Source of the DNA: a virus
Lineage: Duplodnaviria; Heunggongvirae; Uroviricota; Caudoviricetes
Direction: 5' to 3' (one strand)
IMG/VR virus record: IMGVR_UViG_3300020048_000033
Location: 21,156-85,155 of that record
DNA: 64,000 nucleotides
This document shows, one piece after another, positions 38,308 to 48,129 of the stretch. The translations under genes and the position numbers were made by a program. Position 1 is the first letter of the stretch. Every line of letters starts with the position of its first letter. A model generated the notes under the pieces. That model did not search any database and was not told the origin of the DNA. It was given only the letters and a program-made list of their open reading frames with translations.

Positions 38308-38388
38308 GGCGAGATGGTGTAATTGGTAGCCACGGGGGTCTTAAAAACCCCTCCTTTTAGGGTGGGGGTTCGAGTCCCCTTCTTGCCA
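38308..38388 (+). tRNA. tRNA-Leu (anticodon UAA), class II
   Basis: Acceptor GGCGAGA/TCTTGCC, D-arm GTGTAATTGGTAGCCAC, anticodon stem GGGGT/ACCCC with loop CTTAAAA, variable arm, T-arm GGGGG-TTCGAGT-CCCCT. Confidence 0.7.
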
Positions 38389-38507
38389 TGTTTAATACTT
38401 GGGGCTTTGCTGAAATTGGAAAACAGGTTTGGAGTTTTATCCAGATGGGTGGCACGACTTTCTTTGAATGTCAGTCCAGCTTTACGGTTTCAAATCCCGT
38501 AAGTTTC

Positions 38508-38554
38508 CAAGTATTAATCTTTTGGTCTTCCAGATTTTGGAAGTGGATTGAAAC
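38508..38554 (+). repeat. solitary variant CRISPR repeat unit (GGTCTTCCAGATTTTGGAAGTGGATTGAAAC) with AT-rich promoter-like lead-in
   Basis: Shares the 11-nt type I-C 5'-handle TGGATTGAAAC with the array repeat. The hairpin is replaced by CTTCCA/TGGAAG, preceded by GTATTAATCTTT. Confidence 0.55.
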
Positions 38555-38683
38555 GGCTGAATAAGTCCTGTCCTAATTCTAGGTCAAACCAGAAAAGGTC
38601 GCTATGAAATTAAATCCTAATGATTAGGTAATAGGTTTTTAACAAGTTAAAAGACTCTTAACTAATTTAAAAAGGATAATAAA

Positions 38684-39337
38684 ATGATATATAATTTTGG
38701 TAGAGTGTATGAGAGGGCAATTAGAGAAAGATATTCAGAAGGATTCGATTTAAAAGATTTGGAAGGTTTATCCTCGTTCACCAAAAGATTAGACTATGTT
38801 TCTTCTAAGTTGGCACGTATTGCCGCTGGTAGTAGTAGAATTGTATATGCAGTAGATGAAGAGAAAGTTCTCAAGGTTGCTAAAAACTCAAAAGGGTTAG
38901 CTCAGAACCTTGAGGAAATATCAGTAGGTTCGGATTATATTTCCCCTGATATCTTAGCAAAGGTTTTTGATTCATCTGAGGACGGAAAGTTTCTTGAGAT
39001 GGAAAGGGCAGATAAGATTACAGCAAAAGATTTTGAGAGACTTGTTGGAGTATCCTTAGAAAAAACTACTGAGTATCTCAGATATATTTCTTATGAGGTT
39101 CTTGGTCAACAGAAGAATAGAGGATTCCGTATTTCTAAACCTGAAAATATTGAAGAACTTGATAATAATGAGTTCCTTTGTGATTTAGTAGAGTTGGGTG
39201 GTAGCTGGAACTTCCCTTTGCCGGGCGATTTTTCAAGACTCTCTACCTATGGAAAAGTAATAAGAGATGGAATAGAACAAGTTGTAGTAATTGATTATGG
39301 TTATCGTGGGGATGTAGTTTCTCTATATGGACACTAA
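38684..39337 (+). CDS. hypothetical protein
   Basis: 217-aa ORF. Confidence 0.4.
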   Translation: MIYNFGRVYERAIRERYSEGFDLKDLEGLSSFTKRLDYVSSKLARIAAGSSRIVYAVDEEKVLKVAKNSKGLAQNLEEISVGSDYISPDILAKVFDSSEDGKFLEMERADKITAKDFERLVGVSLEKTTEYLRYISYEVLGQQKNRGFRISKPENIEELDNNEFLCDLVELGGSWNFPLPGDFSRLSTYGKVIRDGIEQVVVIDYGYRGDVVSLYGH

Positions 39338-39354
39338 ACAAGGAAAAGGTCGCT

Positions 39355-39582
39355 ATGAAATTAAAAGAATATTTGTCTGAGCTTAATGCTATGGTAGCAA
39401 ACGACTCTTCCATTCTTGAAATGGAAGTGGTAATGTCTAGTGATTCTGAGGGAAACTCTTTTCATAAAGTTGGATATACCCCAACTATAGGACATTTTTC
39501 CCGAGGGGATTTCCTCCCAAGTTCTCAATTTGAGGAAGAGGAAAGACCTATGACAGATGTTAATTCTATCTGCCTAAACTAA
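39355..39582 (+). CDS. hypothetical protein
   Basis: Start region AAAAGGTCGCTATGAAATTAAA is duplicated at 38586-38608, where a truncated MKLNPND* copy occurs. Confidence 0.3.
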   Translation: MKLKEYLSELNAMVANDSSILEMEVVMSSDSEGNSFHKVGYTPTIGHFSRGDFLPSSQFEEEERPMTDVNSICLN

Positions 39583-39597
39583 AAGAGGATTGTATAA

Positions 39598-40275
39598 ATG
39601 GGAAAACCTTTGGAACACGCAGGTCAATTTGAGATTTCAGAAATAATTCCTCTTATACTCAACAAGCCCTCAAGGGCTATCTTAAACGGATATAGTGTTG
39701 GTGTGAACTCAGTGAGACTTCGTACTTTTGCAAACAAGGGATGTACCTGTATTCGATGCGGATTAAAGGCTTCTTATTTTCAATTAGACTATATGGATAC
39801 CTTTTCTGATAAACCTCACTTAAATCTGTATGGTATCTCTAATGGAAAACCTGTCCTCTTCACAAAAGACCACATTATCCCTGCCTCAAAAGGTGGGTCA
39901 ACAACTTTGAAAAATCTTCAAACAATGTGTGAGGACTGTAATCAGATGAAAGGAAATAAGAGGGAGTATTTTTTCACTCCCCTGTATTACCGTATTAAAG
40001 CACAACTTAGACTACTCGATGATTTTTTTGTACGAACATGGTTCACTATAATTACCACTAAAATAAGGGGTTATGTATGTATGAAAAGGAAAGTCTACAA
40101 TACAATTGAGCATACTTGCGAAGTCTGCAAAAAAAGAACCTCCCTTCCTACCGAAAAAAATAATCCCGTAATACTTACAACTATTCCTGCCATGCTTGAT
40201 GAAGGAGAGGAACCCGATTTGTCAAAACACTGGATTTGTGAAAATTGTTTAAATACTATTAGAGAAGAGTTTTGA
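39598..40275 (+). CDS. HNH endonuclease
   Basis: FTKDHIIPASKGGSTTLKNLQTMCEDCNQMKGN (H-N-N with CxxC). Additional CxxC pairs. Confidence 0.6.
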   Translation: MGKPLEHAGQFEISEIIPLILNKPSRAILNGYSVGVNSVRLRTFANKGCTCIRCGLKASYFQLDYMDTFSDKPHLNLYGISNGKPVLFTKDHIIPASKGGSTTLKNLQTMCEDCNQMKGNKREYFFTPLYYRIKAQLRLLDDFFVRTWFTIITTKIRGYVCMKRKVYNTIEHTCEVCKKRTSLPTEKNNPVILTTIPAMLDEGEEPDLSKHWICENCLNTIREEF

Positions 40276-40299
40276 CTAATTATTTTGGTGGTAACATAA

Positions 40300-41682
40300 A
40301 TGAAATATATAAAGATTAAAGAACAAACCGAGAATGAAATACCTATTGATGAAGTAATGGTTTTGTATAGTGAATTCAACCAAAAGTATTTTAACAATGA
40401 ACTTCCAGAAAATATTAAAGTTTATTACAATAAGCTTGCACAGCATAGCTTGGGTCGTGCTAAGATAGTTTTTGATAAAGAAATCTATTCCATAATGTTG
40501 TCCTACAGTATCAGTAATAACCTCAATACTATTAGAGATGTACTCGCCCATGAGATGATTCATATCTGGCAATACATGATGGATATTAAAGAAGGTTGCA
40601 GGAAATATTCTGCCCCTAATTTGATTGAGATTATGCTTAGATCAGAGGATAAAGGTCATAATAAATATTTTAAAAATTGGATGGCAGAACTTAATACCAA
40701 GGGATTTCATATCACTGTTACAGTAGATGATTTCCTTGATATCGAAATGGATAGTCCCATGTACGCAATCTATATGGTATCAGGTTCTAATGAAACAGTT
40801 CTATGGAATAACAAGCCTTTAGACGTACAACTTATCCTGTCACAATTCAGAGAAAGATTCTTTGAGGATATTGATAGTTATGAATATTTTGAAACCTTCA
40901 ATGAGAACATTCTATTATGTACCAGACTCGCAGGTACTGGCATAAGAAAAAACTCCAAGAATATTTGGTTGGATAAACATTTTATCCTTAGCCTTTTTGA
41001 TAAGATTGGAAAGGTTTATGCCAAAGAAACACTTGAAAAAACAGAAGACACAAATAGTGAACTGAAACATAAGATTGAATCAGTTTTACTTGGATTTCAT
41101 AAGTATGCAGGAAAGCTTTCATTTGATAGGGACTCTTATGGGTATCTTTCTCAGGTTATGATAAACGTAGATGGTTCTTATGGACGCATGAAGTCTAAAG
41201 ATATTATTCCTGCAATAAAAGAAAAAACCCCAAAGGCTTTGATAGACCTTATTCGCAGAGACTGGTTACAGGTAACAGAAAAAGATATTATAAAAACTAA
41301 AACCCTTGAGAGTGATTGTATGTATCTCATGGGTGAAGCTCTGGAACATAAACTAAATACAAACACTATCGGAAACTTAGGGTATAGTTTTTTACGCTCA
41401 GGAATAATAGAAAGATATGATACCCCTGAGGATGTATACAGTATCCTTGTTAGTTCCATGGCAAAATATATTAAGGATTATGTAAAAAAACATAAAGTTG
41501 ATATTGGTGCATTTGGTGTACCAGATTCCAGTGCTATAGATAATAATGAAGAAAAAATAGCTATCAAACTTTTGAGTCAATTTAAGCCTGAGATTATTGC
41601 TGAGATAGAAAAACGCTTTCAAGGAGTTCCGGTTAAGGAAGTTCCTATAGATGACATAGACGAAGAGGAATATTATAAATGA
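40300..41682 (+). CDS. SprT-like zinc metalloprotease domain protein
   Basis: VLAHEMIHIWQ HExxH motif in an N-terminal SprT-like context. 460 aa. Confidence 0.45.
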   Translation: MKYIKIKEQTENEIPIDEVMVLYSEFNQKYFNNELPENIKVYYNKLAQHSLGRAKIVFDKEIYSIMLSYSISNNLNTIRDVLAHEMIHIWQYMMDIKEGCRKYSAPNLIEIMLRSEDKGHNKYFKNWMAELNTKGFHITVTVDDFLDIEMDSPMYAIYMVSGSNETVLWNNKPLDVQLILSQFRERFFEDIDSYEYFETFNENILLCTRLAGTGIRKNSKNIWLDKHFILSLFDKIGKVYAKETLEKTEDTNSELKHKIESVLLGFHKYAGKLSFDRDSYGYLSQVMINVDGSYGRMKSKDIIPAIKEKTPKALIDLIRRDWLQVTEKDIIKTKTLESDCMYLMGEALEHKLNTNTIGNLGYSFLRSGIIERYDTPEDVYSILVSSMAKYIKDYVKKHKVDIGAFGVPDSSAIDNNEEKIAIKLLSQFKPEIIAEIEKRFQGVPVKEVPIDDIDEEEYYK

Positions 41683-42074
41683 ACAAAGTTCCTACCGAAG
41701 CAGAAATTGAAATATATAAAGGAAATAACTTTCAAATCTACTGTGTAAACTTTCAGTGTCCTAATTGGGAATTGGTTGATCGATATGGGTGTAAAAAGTT
41801 TGGTCATGGAATCATAGCCTGTAAGGATTACATCCCTCATGTTAGTACTAAGGTTTATCCTCCTATTGAAGAGATTATAAAAGACGCTGAAAAAACTTAT
41901 CCGTTCTATGGAAAGGTGTTCTTTTCAAATGAACCTCATGAAGAACTTCCTGAGTATTTTACTTATGCAAAAACAAGTGAAGAAGCTGAGGAAATATTCA
42001 AGGCATGGGCTTTCAAGAAATACTCGAAAATGTATTTTGAGTTTTCTGAAGCGTATCTTGTAGAAAAGGAATAG
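41679..42074 (+). CDS. hypothetical protein
   Basis: ORF coupled to the upstream gene. Confidence 0.35.
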   Translation: MNKVPTEAEIEIYKGNNFQIYCVNFQCPNWELVDRYGCKKFGHGIIACKDYIPHVSTKVYPPIEEIIKDAEKTYPFYGKVFFSNEPHEELPEYFTYAKTSEEAEEIFKAWAFKKYSKMYFEFSEAYLVEKE

Positions 42075-42238
42075 TTTATTGGAGGTTGTATGTTTGTGAT
42101 TAAAAGAAAGGGTGAATACCTTTGTTACTTCACCTTTCGTCAAGGTTTTGATTATCGCCCCAAATCGGCTTTAACTGCTTTTTCTCACATCTATGGAGAA
42201 CAAACTATTACTCCAGAGATGCAAGAACTTGAAAAAAC

Positions 42239-42457
42239 TTGGGACGGAAAAATCGTACAAATCTAAGGAATGAAAATATGAATGCATGTAGAAGTGAAGT
42301 GAAAGACCCCGAGAACAGATGCTCTACAAAAGGTTGCTGTTGCGGTGGACATAACCTTAATAATGTTAAAAAGAATAAACACCATCACTCAACTATGGTA
42401 CGGCTTGCCCGAAAGCTTATCAGAAGAAGAAACAAGCTTCTTAATAGTGAGGAATGA
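42239..42457 (+). CDS. hypothetical basic protein
   Basis: Short Arg/Lys-rich ORF. Confidence 0.25.
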   Translation: MGRKNRTNLRNENMNACRSEVKDPENRCSTKGCCCGGHNLNNVKKNKHHHSTMVRLARKLIRRRNKLLNSEE

Positions 42458-42460
42458 GCT

Positions 42461-42646
42461 ATGAAAAAATTTTTTATATTTGGAGAAAATCCTACCTGTC
42501 ATACTCCTGAGCAGGTCGTGGTTATCACCAGTGAATATGTTTTTGGAGAGGAAGCCGCTAATAGACTGCTTGAAGTCTATGAAGAAAAGTATTGTGAAAC
42601 CATGGTAAGCTTTTATATTGCGGAAGTTCATTCAGGAAAAGTTTGA
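42461..42646 (+). CDS. hypothetical protein
   Basis: Short ORF. Confidence 0.25.
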   Translation: MKKFFIFGENPTCHTPEQVVVITSEYVFGEEAANRLLEVYEEKYCETMVSFYIAEVHSGKV

Positions 42647-42853
42647 ATTGTGTACTCTCTTGATAAGAGTTTAAACTTTAAGTTTTAAAACCCTAAAGGG
42701 GTGTAACTAACATATAACTAGAACTTTTTGTCCCCTCCCTACTTTAGGGAGGGTTTTATTTTAAACTTATCTTTGAATATTAATTAAGGTGTTTCTTAGA
42801 AGGTAGCTAATTTATTTTCAATACAACATATATATTTTGTTAATATAGTATCT

Positions 42854-45283
42854 ATGAATTCTATTAAACCTACTTATTTATTTCCTGAGTTAGTGGCACA
42901 CCCTCCATCAAATGACAATCCTGTTAGTCAGTCTTTAGAAGAACACTTACAAGGGACTAATGAATATGCTTTATCCTTTTGTCAAAGTGAAACAGACAAG
43001 GCTTTAGTGTCTCCAATAGCTCTTGGACATGACATTGCAAAAACAACAACTTGGGTTAAAGAACATTTATGTCCTAGCTGTTGGTCTAAAAATAAAGACT
43101 TAAACCGATGTAAAGGGTGTGGATTAAAAAACCCTACTGGAAAGGATAGCCGACAAATATATCATTCACCTTATGGGGTTTTATATATGTTACTTAATTC
43201 TGTAACATCAGAGGGAAAAAAAATATTTGATATAAATCGTCTCAGAACGGAAGAGTGGGTATATTATAATATTGTGGGAGGACACCATGGAGGTTTAATG
43301 GATACTGACACTATTCAACAGAGAGTTCTTGAGATGATGTCAGATCCTAACACCCCAAATATTTTGAAAGAGATAGATTCTTTTGTAAAGTCTACAAATA
43401 TTTCTACTTCTCCAACAATTAAGTTTCCTTATAATAGGGATGATACCTTCTTTGATTTCTTTATAAAAATTAAAGAGGTATTTTCAATTCTTTGTGATGC
43501 TGACTCTTTAGATACTGAGGGACACAGTTCTCCTTCTAAAAAAGATTTTAGAAAACCCCCTAAAATTGAATGGACAAACCTTTTACAATGCTTAGATGAA
43601 TATTATTTAACTCTTTCTTTGGATGAAAACGGTAAACAAAAAAAGAGTAAGTGGAAACAAAAAAAACTTAATAAGCTTAGAAATGAATTAAGAGTGTATT
43701 CCGATAAAATTGCTTCTGCTTTTTCAAGAGGATATTTTTCAATGGAGTTTCCTACAGGGTTTGGTAAAACACTGGCAAGTATTTCTTTTGCTCTTAATCA
43801 TGCAATAAATATTGAAAAGAGAGGTGAAAGACCCATTAAAAGAATTATTTATGTCCTCCCCTTTTTGACAATAACTGCACAGACCACAAATGTACTTAAA
43901 GAGGTTTTTGGTGACGATATTAACATTTTAGAGCATCACACAGGGGCAGAATATGCTCTTAATGGTGATGATAGGAAATCTGAATATGAGCAAGCAACTT
44001 CTGATAAGGATAAAAGAAAAATACTGGCAACAGAGAATTGGGATTACCCTATAATTGTTACCACGGATGTTCAATTTTTTGAATCCGTTATGTCTGCTAA
44101 TAGAGGTTCTTCTCGTAAGATTCATAACATAGCTGATTCTATTGTTATCCTAGATGAAATACAAGTTATCTCTAACTCACTTTGGGCACCCACAATTGAA
44201 ATTCTTAAATCACTTAACAAAGTTTTAAATACTTCTATACTTTTTACTTCTGCTACTATGCCAGCATTTTCTTGGGAAAACCAGAAGTTAAAGTTTGATG
44301 GAGTTACCTCTTTAGTTGAAGATAAACAAACTCTTTATAGAAACAGCGTTCGAGTAAAATACCATGTACTTAACAATCTAAAGCCTCTTACCATTAATGA
44401 ATTAAGTACAAGGATTTTTAAGGAAAAGGGTTCCACTTTATTGGTGCTTAATACTAGGAGAACAGCTTTTGGGGCATATAGAGAACTGTGTAAGTTAAAC
44501 TCTAATAATAAATGGGATAAAATAATTTATTTAAATACCGTATTAAACTCTAAGCATCGTATGAACCTTATTAATTCTATTAAAAAAATACTGAAAGATG
44601 ATAAGTTAAAAATATTGGTTGTATCTACTCAACTGATTGAAGCCGGTGTAGATTTAGATTTTTATAATGTTTTTCGTAAAATAGCCCCATTAGAATCCCT
44701 TATTCAAAGCTCAGGAAGATGCAATAGAGAGTGGAAATATCCTTATGGGAATGTTTACATTTTTGATATTATTGATACTTTTAAGTGTGATCCTTGGTCA
44801 GACAGCTACATAGAGAGAATAGCAATAGTAGTTAATTTACTAAGAAGAACAAACTTTCTTAAATATTTTAGCCCCTTTGATTTAGGTAAATTACATAAGA
44901 GTGATATCTATGAGGAATATCATAAAAAATGCTTTTCTATTATGAGTTCTGATAAAAATAAGGTTCTAACTTCCATAAAAGCTTGCAACTTTAAAACAGC
45001 ATCTAATAATTATAAAATAATAGATTCTGAGACATCAGGGGTTGTAGTACCTTATGGAGACCTAACTTTAGATGAATATGAATATTATAGAAATAAAGAA
45101 ACAATCACAAGGGCAGACCTTAGACGACTTCAACCATATATGGTTTCTTTATTTGAGGGTGACTTAAAGAAGGTAGAAGGGATACAAATTGTAAGGACTG
45201 TAGGGAATTTATTAATGCTCAGTAAAAACCATTTGAATTGTTATAGTGAGGAAACAGGCTTATCTAATTTAATTTTTAATTAG
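42854..45283 (+). CDS. cas3: Cas3 (HD nuclease + SF2 helicase), type I
   Basis: N-terminal HD domain (HPPS...LEEHL...ALGHDIAKTT...GGHHGG), helicase motif I FPTGFGKT, motif II VILDEIQ, motif III TSATMP, C-terminal helicase lobe. 809 aa. Preceded by TTGTTAATATAGT. Confidence 0.85.
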   Translation: MNSIKPTYLFPELVAHPPSNDNPVSQSLEEHLQGTNEYALSFCQSETDKALVSPIALGHDIAKTTTWVKEHLCPSCWSKNKDLNRCKGCGLKNPTGKDSRQIYHSPYGVLYMLLNSVTSEGKKIFDINRLRTEEWVYYNIVGGHHGGLMDTDTIQQRVLEMMSDPNTPNILKEIDSFVKSTNISTSPTIKFPYNRDDTFFDFFIKIKEVFSILCDADSLDTEGHSSPSKKDFRKPPKIEWTNLLQCLDEYYLTLSLDENGKQKKSKWKQKKLNKLRNELRVYSDKIASAFSRGYFSMEFPTGFGKTLASISFALNHAINIEKRGERPIKRIIYVLPFLTITAQTTNVLKEVFGDDINILEHHTGAEYALNGDDRKSEYEQATSDKDKRKILATENWDYPIIVTTDVQFFESVMSANRGSSRKIHNIADSIVILDEIQVISNSLWAPTIEILKSLNKVLNTSILFTSATMPAFSWENQKLKFDGVTSLVEDKQTLYRNSVRVKYHVLNNLKPLTINELSTRIFKEKGSTLLVLNTRRTAFGAYRELCKLNSNNKWDKIIYLNTVLNSKHRMNLINSIKKILKDDKLKILVVSTQLIEAGVDLDFYNVFRKIAPLESLIQSSGRCNREWKYPYGNVYIFDIIDTFKCDPWSDSYIERIAIVVNLLRRTNFLKYFSPFDLGKLHKSDIYEEYHKKCFSIMSSDKNKVLTSIKACNFKTASNNYKIIDSETSGVVVPYGDLTLDEYEYYRNKETITRADLRRLQPYMVSLFEGDLKKVEGIQIVRTVGNLLMLSKNHLNCYSEETGLSNLIFN

Positions 45284-45335
45284 CCCCTTATTTATCTATA
45301 TTTCTTGTTCCAGAAACTGCTAAAATAATTAGTGA

Positions 45336-45382
45336 AAAAGTTTTGAACTTTTCCTGAATATCCTATATATTATATAGGTAGA
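45336..45382 (+). promoter_or_regulatory. class A promoter-like motif, copy 5 (between cas3 and cas5c)
   Basis: AAAAAGTTTTGAACTTTTCCTGAATATCCTATATATTATATAGG. Confidence 0.5.
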
Positions 45383-45481
45383 GTTCTATTGAATATTAAA
45401 CCTCAATACACTTAATTAAACAAATGTACTTGTCAAAAATATGTCAAGTACATTATACACTCTAAAAAGGATTAAACTTAA

Positions 45482-46156
45482 ATGAATGCAATATCCTCAA
45501 AATATGGTGCTCTTAAATCAAGGGTAGAGCTTGTGGCTTATGGAGAAAACGCTTGCTTTAAGGACCCAGTATGGAAAACAGAGGGTCTTACCTACCCATG
45601 TATCACCCCATCGGCTTCAAGAGCTATACTAGAGTCGGTGTTTTGGCATCCTCCGATGTATTATGATATTGTGTCAATAGAGGTTTTAAAGCCTATAATA
45701 AAAACACTGACCTGTGTAGTTGAACCCAATACCTATGGTATAGACGGAGTTTTGAGACACTATATGTATCTAAGAGATGTATCCTATCATATTGTTGCTG
45801 ATATAGTTATGAAGAATGGTGTCACAATAGATGAAAATAAAAATGCAATAAAGTATATGAGTATTTTTAATAGGAGACTACAGAAAGGTCAAACTTTTAA
45901 GGCTCCTTTCCTCGGAATAAGTCAATGCTTATGTGATGTTAGGGAATATGTTCCTCTTGAGGATATCCCTACAAAAGAAAATTATTATATAGGAAATATG
46001 CTATTAGAGATGAATCATAAAAAATCTGGGGTAGAGCCAATATTTATGGATGAGGCTCAAATAAAAAATGGCGTACTTTGTAATGGGGAACAGTCCCTTG
46101 AAGACGCCATACTAGAAAAAACATCTTATAGAAAAGAGGAAGTGTATATTGCGTGA
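45482..46156 (+). CDS. cas5c: Cas5c (Cas5d) crRNA-processing subunit, type I-C
   Basis: Family-conserved blocks VELVAYGENACFKDP, ASRAILESVFWHP, HYMYLRDVSYHIVADI, FKAPFLGISQC align with Cas5d. Confidence 0.8.
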   Translation: MNAISSKYGALKSRVELVAYGENACFKDPVWKTEGLTYPCITPSASRAILESVFWHPPMYYDIVSIEVLKPIIKTLTCVVEPNTYGIDGVLRHYMYLRDVSYHIVADIVMKNGVTIDENKNAIKYMSIFNRRLQKGQTFKAPFLGISQCLCDVREYVPLEDIPTKENYYIGNMLLEMNHKKSGVEPIFMDEAQIKNGVLCNGEQSLEDAILEKTSYRKEEVYIA

Positions 46157-48128
46157 ACTTTATGATTTTTACAAGGTGTATTCCACTACTGAAACTTTCA
46201 AGGAAAATTACGACAGTAGTATTTGGTTTGATAGAGGTACGCCCTCAGCAATTATTGATATTGATAAGAACCATAAGACTACCTTCCTACCACTTGGAGG
46301 AGACTCAGCTAAACTTCATCGTAGAGAATTCTTCCCGGGGAAAGGTACAAGATTTTCATTAGATGCTACTAAAAGGGTTTTAGGTGGTATTGAGGTTAAT
46401 GACAAGGACGGTTCTTTTACTTTTGAAGAAAACTTTGGGTCGGAAGTTTTATCTCAGGTAACAGCTATATTAAAGTATAAAAATTATTTCTTAGATAATC
46501 TTTCTCTTTTTACAAAAAAAGAAGTTTTAGTAGCACAGGAAATTTTTGATGCAATACTTTCAATATATGTAAGTCCTAAGTGTAAAGATTTTTCTGATAT
46601 TAAGGTTTCAAAAACCTTAAAGAAACTAAGAAAAGATTTCTGCACCCATTTTAAGGATGATAAAAATGTTGAAGGTAAACTTATAGGTATCTCTTATCAA
46701 GGAGAGCTAATTCTTGAAAATAAAGTAATTTCCAAGATTGTAGAGAGTTTTAAAGAGTATGAGTTGGGTCTTATAAATAAGAAAACTCCTTTTAGAAATT
46801 GTCCCATTTGTAAAAAAAACACAAACCTTTATAATATTAATTCCTATGGGGCTATAAGAAAAAGTTTACTAGGTGGAAGTATTAATGGGTGTTTTCCCAT
46901 TAGTTACAATGAACCACAATTTGAGTCTTATGGAATGAAAGGTAACTTAAACTCATCAATTTGTTATGATTGTGGAAAAAAAATTGTAAGGTCTTTAGAA
47001 ATACTTTGTGGGATAGACAAAATATATGTCCCCTTCAAGAACTCTAAAGGTGAAGACAAGTTAAAGCCCTCATTTAAGGAGACTCGTTTCAGATTGGATG
47101 TCCGTGGCGCAAATGAATATGCTATTCTGGTATATGCGACAGATGCTAATGGGAGAGTCTTGGATATGACTAAAGAAATATCCTTAGATACTGTTAGAGA
47201 AGTTGATTTGAAATTAGATGAGTCCTCTATTATTTCTTCCTATAAAAGTTTAAATGATAGTAGTTCTTCCAGTGAAGCAATAATCCCACTTAATATTACA
47301 GCCAATATTCTTGTGGTAGCATCAAATAGTGCAAGAATGGTAATAAGAGATCATTGTTGTATTAATCTTAATAGCTTAAGGAGTTCCATTTCTCGTTGGA
47401 GGGAAGCTACCCAAGGACAAACCTTTGAGGGATATGTTGATGCTAAAGGAAACCAAAAATGGAGGGCTATAAAATATTATCCTTCACTTAATACTATCTT
47501 AGAAAACTTAGGTGCTTTTGGTAAAAATGATAAAGTTTATTATTCTGTAATAGATACAGTTCAACAAATGGTGTTTCGTGGAATAACTGAAAATATTTCT
47601 TTTAAGGATACAATACTTAATAACATTCAATCCTCTTTCTTTACAAGAGGGGATAGACAGTATGAAATATCTAAGGATTCATTCTGTGTTGTACGTTTGG
47701 TTTATAATGCGGGTAAGAATAAGGAGAGTTTGATGAGTCCGAGTCTTGATGAGACTAATGAAAAAATGGGGTATCTTTTTGGGAGAGCTTTTTCTATAGC
47801 ATCTTCTATTATGTATCATGTAAATGATAAAGATACTTATGGTATTGATTCTCTTTATGATCAATGTTTGTCACAACCTAAATTGGCTATAGAAAACATA
47901 ACCAGTTCTTTAATGTATTATGTATCTAAGGGTAAAAAAGACCCTGATATAGGATTTTTTATTGTATCCCTTCACAATAAGTATATGGAACTTATTTCTA
48001 AAGCATTGCAGGTGGGAGTTCCTATCATAATGAAACAGGACGATAAACTACTTTTTATTGGTGGAATGTGTTCACAAAATATGTATAATAAAACTGGTGG
48101 AAAAACCACTAAAGTAAAGGAAGACTAA
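46149..48128 (+). CDS. cas8c: Cas8c (Csd1) large subunit, type I-C
   Basis: 659-aa ORF overlapping the cas5c stop by 8 nt, in the position and with the size expected for Cas8c. Internal CxxC...CxxC zinc-finger-like pairs. Confidence 0.65.
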   Translation: MRELYDFYKVYSTTETFKENYDSSIWFDRGTPSAIIDIDKNHKTTFLPLGGDSAKLHRREFFPGKGTRFSLDATKRVLGGIEVNDKDGSFTFEENFGSEVLSQVTAILKYKNYFLDNLSLFTKKEVLVAQEIFDAILSIYVSPKCKDFSDIKVSKTLKKLRKDFCTHFKDDKNVEGKLIGISYQGELILENKVISKIVESFKEYELGLINKKTPFRNCPICKKNTNLYNINSYGAIRKSLLGGSINGCFPISYNEPQFESYGMKGNLNSSICYDCGKKIVRSLEILCGIDKIYVPFKNSKGEDKLKPSFKETRFRLDVRGANEYAILVYATDANGRVLDMTKEISLDTVREVDLKLDESSIISSYKSLNDSSSSSEAIIPLNITANILVVASNSARMVIRDHCCINLNSLRSSISRWREATQGQTFEGYVDAKGNQKWRAIKYYPSLNTILENLGAFGKNDKVYYSVIDTVQQMVFRGITENISFKDTILNNIQSSFFTRGDRQYEISKDSFCVVRLVYNAGKNKESLMSPSLDETNEKMGYLFGRAFSIASSIMYHVNDKDTYGIDSLYDQCLSQPKLAIENITSSLMYYVSKGKKDPDIGFFIVSLHNKYMELISKALQVGVPIIMKQDDKLLFIGGMCSQNMYNKTGGKTTKVKED

Positions 48129-48129
48129 A

